This document shows positions 18,480 through 27,509 of a stretch of 63,117 nucleotides of DNA, in pieces. The notes under the pieces were generated by a model, which worked only from the letters and a program-made list of their open reading frames with translations, was not told the DNA's origin and made no database searches. Where the stretch lies: NCBI GenBank assembly GCA_011046085.1, contig DSBK01000051.1, positions 1 through 63,117 of the forward strand. Direction: 5' to 3'. Made by a program: the position numbers and the translations under genes. Every line of letters starts with the position of its first letter. Position 1 is the stretch's first letter. The DNA comes from Actinomycetota bacterium (GTDB lineage: Bacteria; Actinomycetota; Aquicultoria; UBA3085; Oleimmundimicrobiaceae).

Positions 18480-19013
18480 TTGAGTGATATGAGCGAATTA
18501 ATTATTAATGTATCTGACATACTTAGAGTTTCGGGCGCGAAGAAAGCGTTTGAACAAAATTGTGAATTTAGGCCACTGCATAACAAAGAAAAGTTGAATT
18601 TTTCTAGCCCGGTTCATTTTAAATTTTCAATTGAGAATATTGGCAACCAGTTGTTTGTGAGGGGGAAAGTTAGCGGAACATTACGTTTAACTTGTTGCCG
18701 TTGTTTAAGAATATTCGATATTGAAGAAGAGGTTTTGCTCGATGAAGTTTTTTTACCGGCAAACATTTTTAAAGAAGTGGAAGAATCTTTTAAAATAATT
18801 AATAATAAAATAGATTTGAGACCAGCAATTGAGCAATCATTTTTATTATGCTTACCCATTAAATCTATTTGTGATGAGAATTGTAAAGGGCTTTGTCCCA
18901 GGTGCGGTAAGAATTTAAATGATGATTATTGTGATTGTCCGAAAAATGAGATTGATTTAAGGTTTTTAAAATTAAAAAGAATTAAAGAAGAACTTGAAAA
19001 AAGGGAAGAGTAA
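18480..19013 (+). CDS. YceD/DUF177 family protein
   Basis: CCRCL, plus PIKSICDENCKGLCPRCGKNLN and CDC motifs. Directly upstream of rpmF. Confidence 0.92.
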   Translation: MSDMSELIINVSDILRVSGAKKAFEQNCEFRPLHNKEKLNFSSPVHFKFSIENIGNQLFVRGKVSGTLRLTCCRCLRIFDIEEEVLLDEVFLPANIFKEVEESFKIINNKIDLRPAIEQSFLLCLPIKSICDENCKGLCPRCGKNLNDDYCDCPKNEIDLRFLKLKRIKEELEKREE

Positions 19014-19028
19014 AAGGAGGTTTTTTGG

Positions 19029-19208
19029 TTGGCAGTTCCAAAAAGAAAGAAATCCAGAGCAAAGCGCGATTCTAGACGAGCGCATCATAAAAAAGTTAAG
19101 CAATATACGGCCTCTGAATGTCCACAATGTCATCAGCCAAAGATGCCGCACCATGTTTGTCCTGAGTGTGGTCATTACGACGGTAAGCAAGTTTTGGAGG
19201 TTAAGTAA
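19029..19208 (+). CDS. rpmF: 50S ribosomal protein L32, Zn-ribbon form (not in ORF track)
   Basis: TTG 19029 after GGAGG. Manual translation gives MAVPKRKKSRAKRDSRRAHHKKVKQYTASECPQCHQPKMPHHVCPECGHYDGKQVLEVK (59 aa). Confidence 0.97.
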   Translation: MAVPKRKKSRAKRDSRRAHHKKVKQYTASECPQCHQPKMPHHVCPECGHYDGKQVLEVK

Positions 19209-19213
19209 TTAAA

Positions 19214-20203
19214 GTGACCCCACCTTCAGTTACGGTTGCAGTTGATGCCATGGGCGGAGATTATGCTCCTAAAGAAATAATAAAAGGGGCTCATCTTGCT
19301 GCCGAGGATAAGGAATTGTCCATAATATTAGTTGGGCAAGAAGAACAAATAAACAACGAATTAAGAAAACTAAGCCCGTGTGCAAATATTCGAGTAAAAC
19401 ACGCACAAGATGTAATTGAGATGGGGGAACATGCTGCAAGGGCTGTAAAGACCAAACAAAGTTCATCGATCTCTATAGCGGCGCAACTTGTGAAAGAGGG
19501 CGAGGCTTGCGCCATGGTGTCTGCGGGAAATTCTGGCGCAACCATGAGTGCGGCGATGTTGAAAATCGGAAGGATTAAGGGGGTTTTAAGACCAGCGATA
19601 GCCGTTATAATTCCCACCTTAAGTAAGCCAACTGTTCTTTTAGATGCGGGAGCAAATGCAGAGTGCAAGCCGAAAAATCTATATCAGTTTGCAGTAATGG
19701 GGAAAGCTTATGCGACAAAGGTTTTGGATATCAAATCACCAAAAATTGGGTTATTAAATGTGGGGGAAGAACGCGGGAAAGGCGGAGAACTATTACAGAA
19801 ATCATACGAACTTATGGGATCGATCGAAGGTTTTGTCGGCAACATTGAAGGAAACGATATTCCCAGCGGTAAGGTTGATGTAGTTGTTTGTGATGGCTTT
19901 GTTGGAAATGTTGCGCTTAAATTAATGGAAGGCTTGGCGTCAACATTTTTTTCCCAGATTAAAGTTGTGGTTAAATCTTCGTTTATAAAAATAATTGGAG
20001 GAGTGTTGCTTGCCTCATCCTTTAGGAAATTAAAGAGCGAGCTTGATCATGAAGAATATGGCGGAGCCCATCTGCTTGGAATAAATGGTGTTTGTGTAAT
20101 TGGTCATGGAAGATCCAACGCTAAGGCTGTTAAAAATGCAATTATGGTGGCAAAAAGGGCTGTTTTGGAAAATATTGTTTCGGAAATAAGTGGTGGGATT
20201 TAG
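19214..20203 (+). CDS. plsX: Phosphate acyltransferase PlsX
   Basis: AVDAMGGDYAP, SAGNSGA, RPAIA, LDAGAN, VVVCDGFVGNVALK and GHGRS motifs. Confidence 0.96.
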   Translation: MTPPSVTVAVDAMGGDYAPKEIIKGAHLAAEDKELSIILVGQEEQINNELRKLSPCANIRVKHAQDVIEMGEHAARAVKTKQSSSISIAAQLVKEGEACAMVSAGNSGATMSAAMLKIGRIKGVLRPAIAVIIPTLSKPTVLLDAGANAECKPKNLYQFAVMGKAYATKVLDIKSPKIGLLNVGEERGKGGELLQKSYELMGSIEGFVGNIEGNDIPSGKVDVVVCDGFVGNVALKLMEGLASTFFSQIKVVVKSSFIKIIGGVLLASSFRKLKSELDHEEYGGAHLLGINGVCVIGHGRSNAKAVKNAIMVAKRAVLENIVSEISGGI

Positions 20204-21226
20204 GTGAAAACAATTTTAAAGAAAGAAACGTTTGCAGGAATAATCGGAATAGGTTCTCATCTCCCCAGCAAAACGTTAACCAATTTTGATTTGGAAAAAA
20301 TTGTAGATACAAGCGATAAGTGGATAAAAACAAGGACGGGTATATCAGAACGAAGAATTATAGATGACAATACGGGCCTTTCTGATTTAGCCGTTTCGGC
20401 TAGTAAGAAAGCTTTATTTGACGCGGGTTTGGAAATTACGGATATCGATTTAATAATCTTGTCAACCTGCTCGCCCGAAATGGTGATGCCCTCAACTGCT
20501 TGTCTTGTTCAACAAAAACTAGGTGCGAAAACTATTCCTGCTTTTGATATATCCGCTGGTTGCACAGGATTTATATATGCCGTTGCCATTGGGGCTCAAT
20601 TTATTGAGACCGGTTGTTATAAAAAGGTTTTGGTAATTGGAGCAGACGCTCTTTCCAAGCACCTTGACTGGACCGATCGTGGCACATGTGTTTTGTTTGG
20701 AGATGGCGCGGGCGCGGTAGTTCTTGGGGTCGTAGAGCAGGGCTATGGCATCCTTTCAAATTATCTGGCGGCAACTGGCGCGGGGGCTAATCTTTTGAAA
20801 ATTCCAGCTGGAGGATCAGGCTTGCCCGCCACAAAAGATTCTTTTGTAAAGAAACTTCACTGTGTTCAAATGAACGGAAATGAGGTTTTTAAGTTTGCTG
20901 TTAGAGCTCTACCGCAAGCGACAAATGCCGCTCTAAGAAAAGCTAATTTAACGGTGGATGACGTTGATTACTTTATTCCTCATCAGGCCAATATTAGGAT
21001 TCTTGAAACCGCGGCTAGAAAATTGGGGGTTGGCTTTGATAAAATCGTCAACAATATCGACAAATATGGCAATACATCAACCGCCTCGATACCGGTTGCC
21101 CTAGATGAGCTTTGGCAAAGCGGCGTGATAAAAAAAGGGGACGTTATGCTTTTGGTTGGGTTCGGAGCGGGCCTAACCTGGGGAGCCAACGTAATCAAAT
21201 GGAGCAAAACGACTTCGTCGAATTGA
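20204..21226 (+). CDS. fabH: Beta-ketoacyl-ACP synthase III
   Basis: Catalytic triad contexts AGCTGF, PHQAN and YGNTS, plus LFGDGAGA and GFGAGLTWG. Confidence 0.96.
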   Translation: MKTILKKETFAGIIGIGSHLPSKTLTNFDLEKIVDTSDKWIKTRTGISERRIIDDNTGLSDLAVSASKKALFDAGLEITDIDLIILSTCSPEMVMPSTACLVQQKLGAKTIPAFDISAGCTGFIYAVAIGAQFIETGCYKKVLVIGADALSKHLDWTDRGTCVLFGDGAGAVVLGVVEQGYGILSNYLAATGAGANLLKIPAGGSGLPATKDSFVKKLHCVQMNGNEVFKFAVRALPQATNAALRKANLTVDDVDYFIPHQANIRILETAARKLGVGFDKIVNNIDKYGNTSTASIPVALDELWQSGVIKKGDVMLLVGFGAGLTWGANVIKWSKTTSSN

Positions 21227-21311
21227 AGATTGAAGATTGAAGATTTTATGGTTTTTCAAAGAAATAAATAAGTTTCAATCGAAAATTTAATATTTAAAAT
21301 TTTCATTTTCC
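21223..21311. repeat. Heptamer-periodic repeat pair: (TTGAAGA)x3 followed by a degenerate inverted heptamer run
   Basis: TTGAAGA x3 at 21223-21243. TTCAATC GAAAATT TAATATT TAAAATT TTCATTT at 21274-21308. Confidence 0.6.
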
Positions 21312-21340
21312 AACAAAGAATTTAGAAGGGGGTCGATTCT

Positions 21341-22498
21341 TTGAATTACATGTTAACTGACGACCAAAAGATGATAAAGGAATTAGCTAAAAAAATATCT
21401 GACGAGAAAGTAATTCCTGTTCGAGCCGAGCTTGACGAAAAAGAGGAGTTTCCTTGGGAAGTTATTAAAGCTTTATCGCAGGCTGATTTATTTGGTCTTT
21501 ATATACCCGAAGAATATGGTGGTATGGGCTTCGGGTGCTTTGAGACAGTTCTTGTCGTAGAGGAGTTAAGCAGAGCTTGCTGCGGGGTATCTGTAAGCTA
21601 TGCTGCCAGTGCTCTGGGGGCGTATCCCATAGTTCTATTTGGTCACGAGGAGCAAAAAAAGAAATATCTTCCGGCCATTGCTTCCGGCGAAAAACTTGCA
21701 GCCTTTGGTCTCACGGAAGCAAATGCGGGGAGCGATGCTTCGGGTATTCAAACTACCGCCAAAAGAGACGGAAATCACTATGTTTTGAATGGGACAAAGC
21801 AATGGATAACAAATGGTGGTGAAGCTGAAATTTATGCCGTGATAGCCATAACGGATCGAAATAAAGGAAGTCGCGGGGCCTCGGCGTTTGTAATCGAGAA
21901 AGGAACGGAAGGATTTTCTTTTGGGAAAAAAGAAAAGAAAATGGGGATAAGGTCCTCCGCAACCAGGGAACTTGTCTTTGACAATTGCAGGATTCCTAAA
22001 GAGAATTTAATTGGCCGAGAAGGAATGGGCTTTATTGTTGCCTTAAAAACATTGGACATAACACGGCCCGGGATTGGGGCGCAAGGGGTGGGTCTTGCTC
22101 AGGGAGCTTTAGATGTCGCTTTAAATTACTCGCGGCAGCGGACGCAGTTTGGCCAAACAATATCATCCTTTCAAGCTATACAGCATATTTTGGCTGATAT
22201 GGCCATCCAGACCGAAGCGGCTCGCGCATTAGTCTATGCCACTGCCAGAATGATCGATGGTGGGGAAAAGACTTTTTCCAAAGACTCTGCAATCGCAAAG
22301 ACTTTTGCTACCGATGTAGCCATGAAGGTTTCTGTCGATGCTGTTCAAATACTTGGTGGCTATGGTTATATGAGGGAATATCCCGTTGAAAAAATGATGC
22401 GTGATGCAAAAATTCTTCAAATTTACGAAGGAACAAATCAGATACAAAGAAATGTAATTGCTCTTCAACTAATTAAAGAGAACTCTGGCAAAAACTGA
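21341..22498 (+). CDS. Acyl-CoA dehydrogenase, butyryl-CoA dehydrogenase (Bcd)-like
   Basis: FGLTEANAGSDA, GTKQWITNG, KMGIRSSAT, RTQFG, QILGGYGY and catalytic IYEGTNQIQR motifs. Confidence 0.93.
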   Translation: MNYMLTDDQKMIKELAKKISDEKVIPVRAELDEKEEFPWEVIKALSQADLFGLYIPEEYGGMGFGCFETVLVVEELSRACCGVSVSYAASALGAYPIVLFGHEEQKKKYLPAIASGEKLAAFGLTEANAGSDASGIQTTAKRDGNHYVLNGTKQWITNGGEAEIYAVIAITDRNKGSRGASAFVIEKGTEGFSFGKKEKKMGIRSSATRELVFDNCRIPKENLIGREGMGFIVALKTLDITRPGIGAQGVGLAQGALDVALNYSRQRTQFGQTISSFQAIQHILADMAIQTEAARALVYATARMIDGGEKTFSKDSAIAKTFATDVAMKVSVDAVQILGGYGYMREYPVEKMMRDAKILQIYEGTNQIQRNVIALQLIKENSGKN

Positions 22499-22514
22499 TA
22501 ATTGGGGGATTATT

Positions 22515-23303
22515 TTGAATATTATCGTTTGCATTAAACAAGTTCCTGCTACAACGGAGATAAAGATAGATCCGGCAACAAATACGCTTGTAAGAGAGGG
22601 AACAGAAAGTATAGTCAACCCATTTGATGTTTATGCGCTGGAAGAAGCAATCAGGATAAAAGAGGAGTTTGGCGGGAAAGTCACCGCAATAACTATGGGG
22701 CCGCCTCATGCCGCAGAGGCATTAAAAGAAGCGATTGCCGTGGGTGCCGATGATGTAATTTTGCTTTCAGATAGGGCTTTCGCTGGGGCGGATACTCTCG
22801 CAACTTCACATACCTTGTCAAAAGGAATAGAAAAGCTTGGGGATTTTGATCTCATAATTTGCGGAAAACAGACGATGGATGGCGATACAGCGCAAGTTGG
22901 ACCTGAAATTGCTGAAAAACTGGGAGTACCAATTGTAACTTATGTAAGCCAGATTAAAAAGATAGAAGATGGACACATCCAATTGCAGCGCATGGTTGAA
23001 GATGGTTATGAAGTGGTTGAAACAGAAAAACCCTTGGTTATCACCGTTGTAAAGGAAATAAATGAACCAAGAGTGCCTTCACTACGTGGCATGATGAGAG
23101 CGAAAAAAGCCGAGATACCGGTCTGGACGGCCAAAGATATAAATGCTGAGGAAGAGAAAATTGGGTTATTGGGTTCGCCGACTCAGGTTGTAACAATTTT
23201 CGTTCCCGAAGTTTCAAGAAAAGGCGAAAGGTTCGAGGGCGAAGCGGACAAAATCGTTGAACAACTGATCGGCAAATTGAAGGAAGACAAGGTATTGAAT
23301 TGA
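22515..23303 (+). CDS. etfB: Electron transfer flavoprotein beta subunit
   Basis: VCIKQVP, NPFDVYALEEA, DRAFAGADTLAT, GKQTMDGDTAQVGP and NEPRVPS motifs. Confidence 0.95.
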   Translation: MNIIVCIKQVPATTEIKIDPATNTLVREGTESIVNPFDVYALEEAIRIKEEFGGKVTAITMGPPHAAEALKEAIAVGADDVILLSDRAFAGADTLATSHTLSKGIEKLGDFDLIICGKQTMDGDTAQVGPEIAEKLGVPIVTYVSQIKKIEDGHIQLQRMVEDGYEVVETEKPLVITVVKEINEPRVPSLRGMMRAKKAEIPVWTAKDINAEEEKIGLLGSPTQVVTIFVPEVSRKGERFEGEADKIVEQLIGKLKEDKVLN

Positions 23304-23333
23304 CCTTATTTTACGTTTGTTGGGGGTTTTTGT

Positions 23334-24524
23334 TTGAGCATAAAAATTGATTTAAGCAAATGTACGGGTTGCAAGCTTTGCAAGAAAGCATGTATGTACA
23401 ATGCAATCGATATTGTTGAAAAAAAGGCATATGTGAACGATAAATGTACCTTATGCGCTGCGTGCGTCTCAGTTTGCAAATATGAAGCTATTTTTATAAA
23501 GAAAGAGAATAAGCCCATTTTAAATTTATCTGAATATAAGGGTGTCTGGGTCTTTGCCGAGCAGAGGCGGGGCGAGTTGGCTGGTGTTGTTTTTGAACTG
23601 CTTGGCGAAGGGCGCAAATTGGCCAAAGATCTTAAGGTTGAGCTTTCCGTTGTTTTGCTTGGAGAAAATATAAGCAATTTGGCCGATGAACTTATATATT
23701 GTGGAGCTGATAGAGTTTATTTGGTTGATGATCCCATTCTGAAGGATTGTTTAGAGGATGTTTATTCTAATACTCTTGTTCGAATGATTGAGAAGTATAA
23801 GCCGGAAATCGTTCTCGCGGGAGCCACCTCTTTTGGTCGCTCCTTAATTCCTAAAGTTGCAGCAATTTTGGAGACTGGTCTTACCGCCGACTGTACGGGT
23901 TTAGATATTGATAAAGAAAACAGATTATTGTTGCAAACGCGACCCGCTTTTGGCGGAAATATTATGGCAACGATTATATGTCCGAACAGGCGGCCACAAA
24001 TGGCTACTGTGAGGCCAAAGGTGATGAAGAGGGCTCAAAGGGATAAAAAGAGAGTGAAAGAAATAGTTAAGGAAACCGTATCAAAATCTATGGTATCCAG
24101 AGTAAAATTACTCGATTTTATCGAGGATTTATCCGAGAAGATTAACTTAGAGGAAGCGGAAATTATTGTTGCAGGTGGGCGAGGTTTGGGAAAAGAAGAA
24201 AATTTTAAGATGATGGAAGAATTGGCCTTATCGTTGAATGCAGCAATTGGCGCTTCAAGGGCGGCGGTTGACGCAGGGTGGATATCTTATTCACATCAAA
24301 TTGGGCAGACAGGTAAAACGGTTTGCCCAAAACTGTACATCGCTTGCGGGATTTCCGGAGCAATTCAACATCTTGCTGGCATGCAGACTTCCGATTGCAT
24401 TGTTGCCATCAACAAGGATCCCAACGCTCCGATTTTCGACGTTGCCAATTATGGGGTGGTGGGTGATTTGTTCGAAATTGTTCCCATGATTACAGCAAAA
24501 CTTAAGCAGCGTAACGGGGGTTAA
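23334..24524 (+). CDS. etfA: Electron transfer flavoprotein alpha subunit with N-terminal 2x[4Fe-4S] ferredoxin domain
   Basis: CTGCKLCKKAC and CTLCAACVSVC at the N-terminus, then GLTADCT, RPAFGG, ASRAAVD, QIGQTGKTV and GISGAIQH. Confidence 0.95.
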   Translation: MSIKIDLSKCTGCKLCKKACMYNAIDIVEKKAYVNDKCTLCAACVSVCKYEAIFIKKENKPILNLSEYKGVWVFAEQRRGELAGVVFELLGEGRKLAKDLKVELSVVLLGENISNLADELIYCGADRVYLVDDPILKDCLEDVYSNTLVRMIEKYKPEIVLAGATSFGRSLIPKVAAILETGLTADCTGLDIDKENRLLLQTRPAFGGNIMATIICPNRRPQMATVRPKVMKRAQRDKKRVKEIVKETVSKSMVSRVKLLDFIEDLSEKINLEEAEIIVAGGRGLGKEENFKMMEELALSLNAAIGASRAAVDAGWISYSHQIGQTGKTVCPKLYIACGISGAIQHLAGMQTSDCIVAINKDPNAPIFDVANYGVVGDLFEIVPMITAKLKQRNGG

Positions 24525-24527
24525 TTC

Positions 24528-25469
24528 TTGGAGAAAAAAATTGCTTTTGTTTTTCCCGGTCAAGGTTCCCAATATGTTGGGATGGGTCAAAATTTAAAAG
24601 AATCAATGGAAGAAATCAGCGTAATCTTTGAAAAAGCCGATGAAATTTTACAAAGGCAGATTTCGGACATCTGTTTTAAGGGACCTAAAGGCGAGTTAGA
24701 TAAGACAATAAATACCCAACCCGCAATTTTTGTAGTAAATTATGCCTGTTATAGAGCGTTGTGTTCAGAGGGAATAGAGCCGGACATAGTAGCCGGACAT
24801 AGTCTTGGAGAGTATAATGCTTTGGTTGCTGCCGGGGTATTGGACTTTGAGACAGGGTTGCGGTTAATTGAAAAAAGAGCATATCTTATGGAAAAAATTG
24901 CATCGAATAATCCGAGCAAAATGATCGCAGTTCTTGGGTTAAGCTCAAAAGAAGTTGATGAAGTGATAAATTTATTAAAAGTAAAAGGAATAATCAATGG
25001 CGCAAATTATAATTGCCCAGGTCAAATTGTAGTTTCAGGAGAAAATTTAATCATCGATGAGGCCATACAACTTTTTAAGCAATCTGGCGCAAAGAGGGTT
25101 GTTGAGCTTCCTGTAAATGGTGGATTTCACTCTAACTTAATGGGAGAGGCAGAAGATGAATTTTCTAAATTTTTAAAAGATGTTTCATTTAAAAAGGCGA
25201 AATGTGGAGTTGTCTCCAATTTTAGCGGCAAATTTTCGACAAATCCAATGGAGTTAAAGACGGCTTTAAATAGGCAGATTACAAGTTCGGTTCGATGGGA
25301 AGAGTCGGTTAACGAAATTTGCTCTTTTGGAGCGAAAATATTTGTTGAGGTTGGACCGAAAAAAATCTTATCGGGACTTGTTTCTAGGATAGTTCCAGAT
25401 GTAGCGCAATTAAACGTGGAAGATGTCGGCACTTTAAAGAAAACTGTTTTTTCGATAAGGAGAGGTTAG
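24528..25469 (+). CDS. fabD: Malonyl-CoA:ACP transacylase
   Basis: FPGQGSQ, TQPAI, GHSLGEY, ANYNCPGQIV, GGFHS and EVGP motifs. Confidence 0.96.
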   Translation: MEKKIAFVFPGQGSQYVGMGQNLKESMEEISVIFEKADEILQRQISDICFKGPKGELDKTINTQPAIFVVNYACYRALCSEGIEPDIVAGHSLGEYNALVAAGVLDFETGLRLIEKRAYLMEKIASNNPSKMIAVLGLSSKEVDEVINLLKVKGIINGANYNCPGQIVVSGENLIIDEAIQLFKQSGAKRVVELPVNGGFHSNLMGEAEDEFSKFLKDVSFKKAKCGVVSNFSGKFSTNPMELKTALNRQITSSVRWEESVNEICSFGAKIFVEVGPKKILSGLVSRIVPDVAQLNVEDVGTLKKTVFSIRRG

Positions 25470-25470
25470 A

Positions 25471-26214
25471 ATGAATTTTGAGAATAAGGTTGCACTTGTA
25501 ACAGGGAGCGCGCGTGGGATAGGAAGAGAAATTTGCTTAAAGTTCGCTGAGCTTGGTGTGGATATAATTGTAAACGATATAGCGAACGAGGATGCAGCCA
25601 ATGAGCTCGTTTCTATAATTGAAAATATGGGAAGAAGAGCGGTGTTCATTAAAGCTAACATTGCAGTTTCCAAAGAAGCGGTAATGTTAATTGAGCAAAG
25701 TATTGATAAATTAGGCGGAGTGGATATATTGGTAAATAATGCTGGAATAACGCGCGATAATCTTTTAATTCGAATGAAAGAAGAAGAATGGGATGCTGTT
25801 ATAAGTATAAATTTGAAGGGAACATTTAATTGCATCCAGGCCGTGTCTCGCCACATGATAAAAAAACGTTATGGCGCAATTGTAAATATTGCTTCGGTTG
25901 TGGGTGTATCCGGAAACCCCGGTCAAGCAAATTACTCAGCTTCTAAAGCTGGGGTAATCGGTTTAACAAAGACTGTTGCAAAAGAGCTTTCATCGCGAGG
26001 AATAAGGGTTAATGCTGTTGCCCCAGGTTTTATTCAGACTGAGATGACAAAAAAATTACCCGAAGATGTAAAAGCAAAAGTAATAGAAAGTGTCCCTCTT
26101 GGCAAATTTGGTACACCGAAAGATGTTGCAAATCTGGTTGCTTTTTTGGCATCGGACGAGGCTGCTTATATTACTGGGCAGGTTGTTAATGTCGATGGTG
26201 GAATGGTAATGTAG
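25471..26214 (+). CDS. fabG: 3-oxoacyl-ACP reductase
   Basis: TGSARGIG, NNAGITRD, YSASKAG and NAVAPGFI SDR motifs, in the fabD-fabG-acpP order. Confidence 0.96.
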   Translation: MNFENKVALVTGSARGIGREICLKFAELGVDIIVNDIANEDAANELVSIIENMGRRAVFIKANIAVSKEAVMLIEQSIDKLGGVDILVNNAGITRDNLLIRMKEEEWDAVISINLKGTFNCIQAVSRHMIKKRYGAIVNIASVVGVSGNPGQANYSASKAGVIGLTKTVAKELSSRGIRVNAVAPGFIQTEMTKKLPEDVKAKVIESVPLGKFGTPKDVANLVAFLASDEAAYITGQVVNVDGGMVM

Positions 26215-26267
26215 TTAAAGTTTTAATTTTGTTTTATAAATCTTAATTTTAAAAGGAGGAGATTTTT

Positions 26268-26501
26268 ATGTCGAACGAAAATTTTGACAAGGTCAAAAAA
26301 ATTATTATTGAGCAATTGGGGGTAGATGAGTCTGCCGTAAAGTCTGAGACATCTTTCATAAATGATCTCGGAGCGGATTCCTTGGATATTGTTGAGTTAA
26401 TAATGGCAATTGAAGAGGAGTTTGGTTTGGAAATATCAGATGAAGACGCAGAGACAATAACAACCGTGGGCCAAGCTGTCGAGTATATTGAAAACAAATA
26501 A
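26268..26501 (+). CDS. acpP: Acyl carrier protein
   Basis: [12 protein letters not shown] phosphopantetheine site in an acidic 77-aa protein. Confidence 0.97.
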   Translation: MSNENFDKVKKIIIEQLGVDESAVKSETSFINDLGADSLDIVELIMAIEEEFGLEISDEDAETITTVGQAVEYIENK

Positions 26502-26522
26502 TAAGGGGATATTGGTGATGAT

Positions 26523-27509
26523 ATGAGTTTACCGGAGTTAACAATCTGCAATTTAAAATCATCCTTGCCAATTATTCAAGGAGGGATGGGTGTACGTATA
26601 TCTCTTGCCCCTTTGGCAGCCGCTGTGGCCAATGAGGGTGGCATAGGACTGATAGCCGCCTCTGGGGTTCATCCTCCAGAGCTTGCTGAACACATAAGGA
26701 AGGCGAAAGAACTAACCGATGGCATAGTGGGAATAAATATTATGGTTGCGGTCAGAGAATTTAAAGAGCTTATATTAACCGCGATACAAGAGAAAATCGA
26801 TTTAATTGTTGCCGGTGCTGGTTTTTCCAGGGACATTTTTCAACTGGGGAAGGAACATAATGTTCCCATCGTTCCCATTGTGTCTTCGGATCGCGTTGCT
26901 CGTCTCGCCGAGAAATTTGGCGCATCAGCTGTTATTGTTGAAGGGAAGGAAGCTGGTGGACATCTTGGGACGGATAGGCCTCTTTTTTCGATTTTGCCAG
27001 AAATAATTAAAGCTGTGCAAATACCTGTAATTGCTGCTGGAGGAATTCTTAAGGGCTCAGATATTGTAAAAGCTCTTTTCATGGGAGCCAAAGGTGTTCA
27101 AATGGGCACCCGCTTTGCTGCCAGCGAGGAGAGCAGCGCCGCGCCTGCCTGGAAAGAAGAATATGTGAAGGCAAAAGCGGAAGATGTTGTATTGATTAAA
27201 AGTCCCGTTGGTTTACCTGGGCAAGCTCTTAACACATCTTTTGTCAGGGATTTATTTGCAAACAAAGTGCCTGCATTTAAAGACATTAAAAGGTGTGTTG
27301 CTTGTTTGAAGCATTGTAAAAAAGATTTCTGCATCATAGAAGCACTTGAGAATGCCCAGCAAGGAAACATAGAAAAAGGTCTTATTTTTTGCGGTGAACG
27401 TGTGGGAGAAATTAAAGACATTCTTTCAGTAAAAGAAATCATCGCAAATCTCATAAAAGAGTTCAAAGAAAGTGTGGCCAACGGAGGAAGAGAATGGAAA
27501 GAAGGGTAG
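26523..27509 (+). CDS. Nitronate monooxygenase-family flavoenzyme (FabK/FabX-like) with C-terminal Cys cluster
   Basis: [22 protein letters not shown] and VQMGTRF motifs, plus [13 protein letters not shown]. Lies between acpP and fabF. Confidence 0.85.
   Translation: MSLPELTICNLKSSLPIIQGGMGVRISLAPLAAAVANEGGIGLIAASGVHPPELAEHIRKAKELTDGIVGINIMVAVREFKELILTAIQEKIDLIVAGAGFSRDIFQLGKEHNVPIVPIVSSDRVARLAEKFGASAVIVEGKEAGGHLGTDRPLFSILPEIIKAVQIPVIAAGGILKGSDIVKALFMGAKGVQMGTRFAASEESSAAPAWKEEYVKAKAEDVVLIKSPVGLPGQALNTSFVRDLFANKVPAFKDIKRCVACLKHCKKDFCIIEALENAQQGNIEKGLIFCGERVGEIKDILSVKEIIANLIKEFKESVANGGREWKEG

Noticed and set aside
18994-19212. 72-aa ORF in the track between yceD and plsX
   Set aside because: Wrong-frame shadow of rpmF (19029-19208), which has a strong RBS and a clear L32 sequence. 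I checked the frame codon by codon and rpmF has no frameshift.
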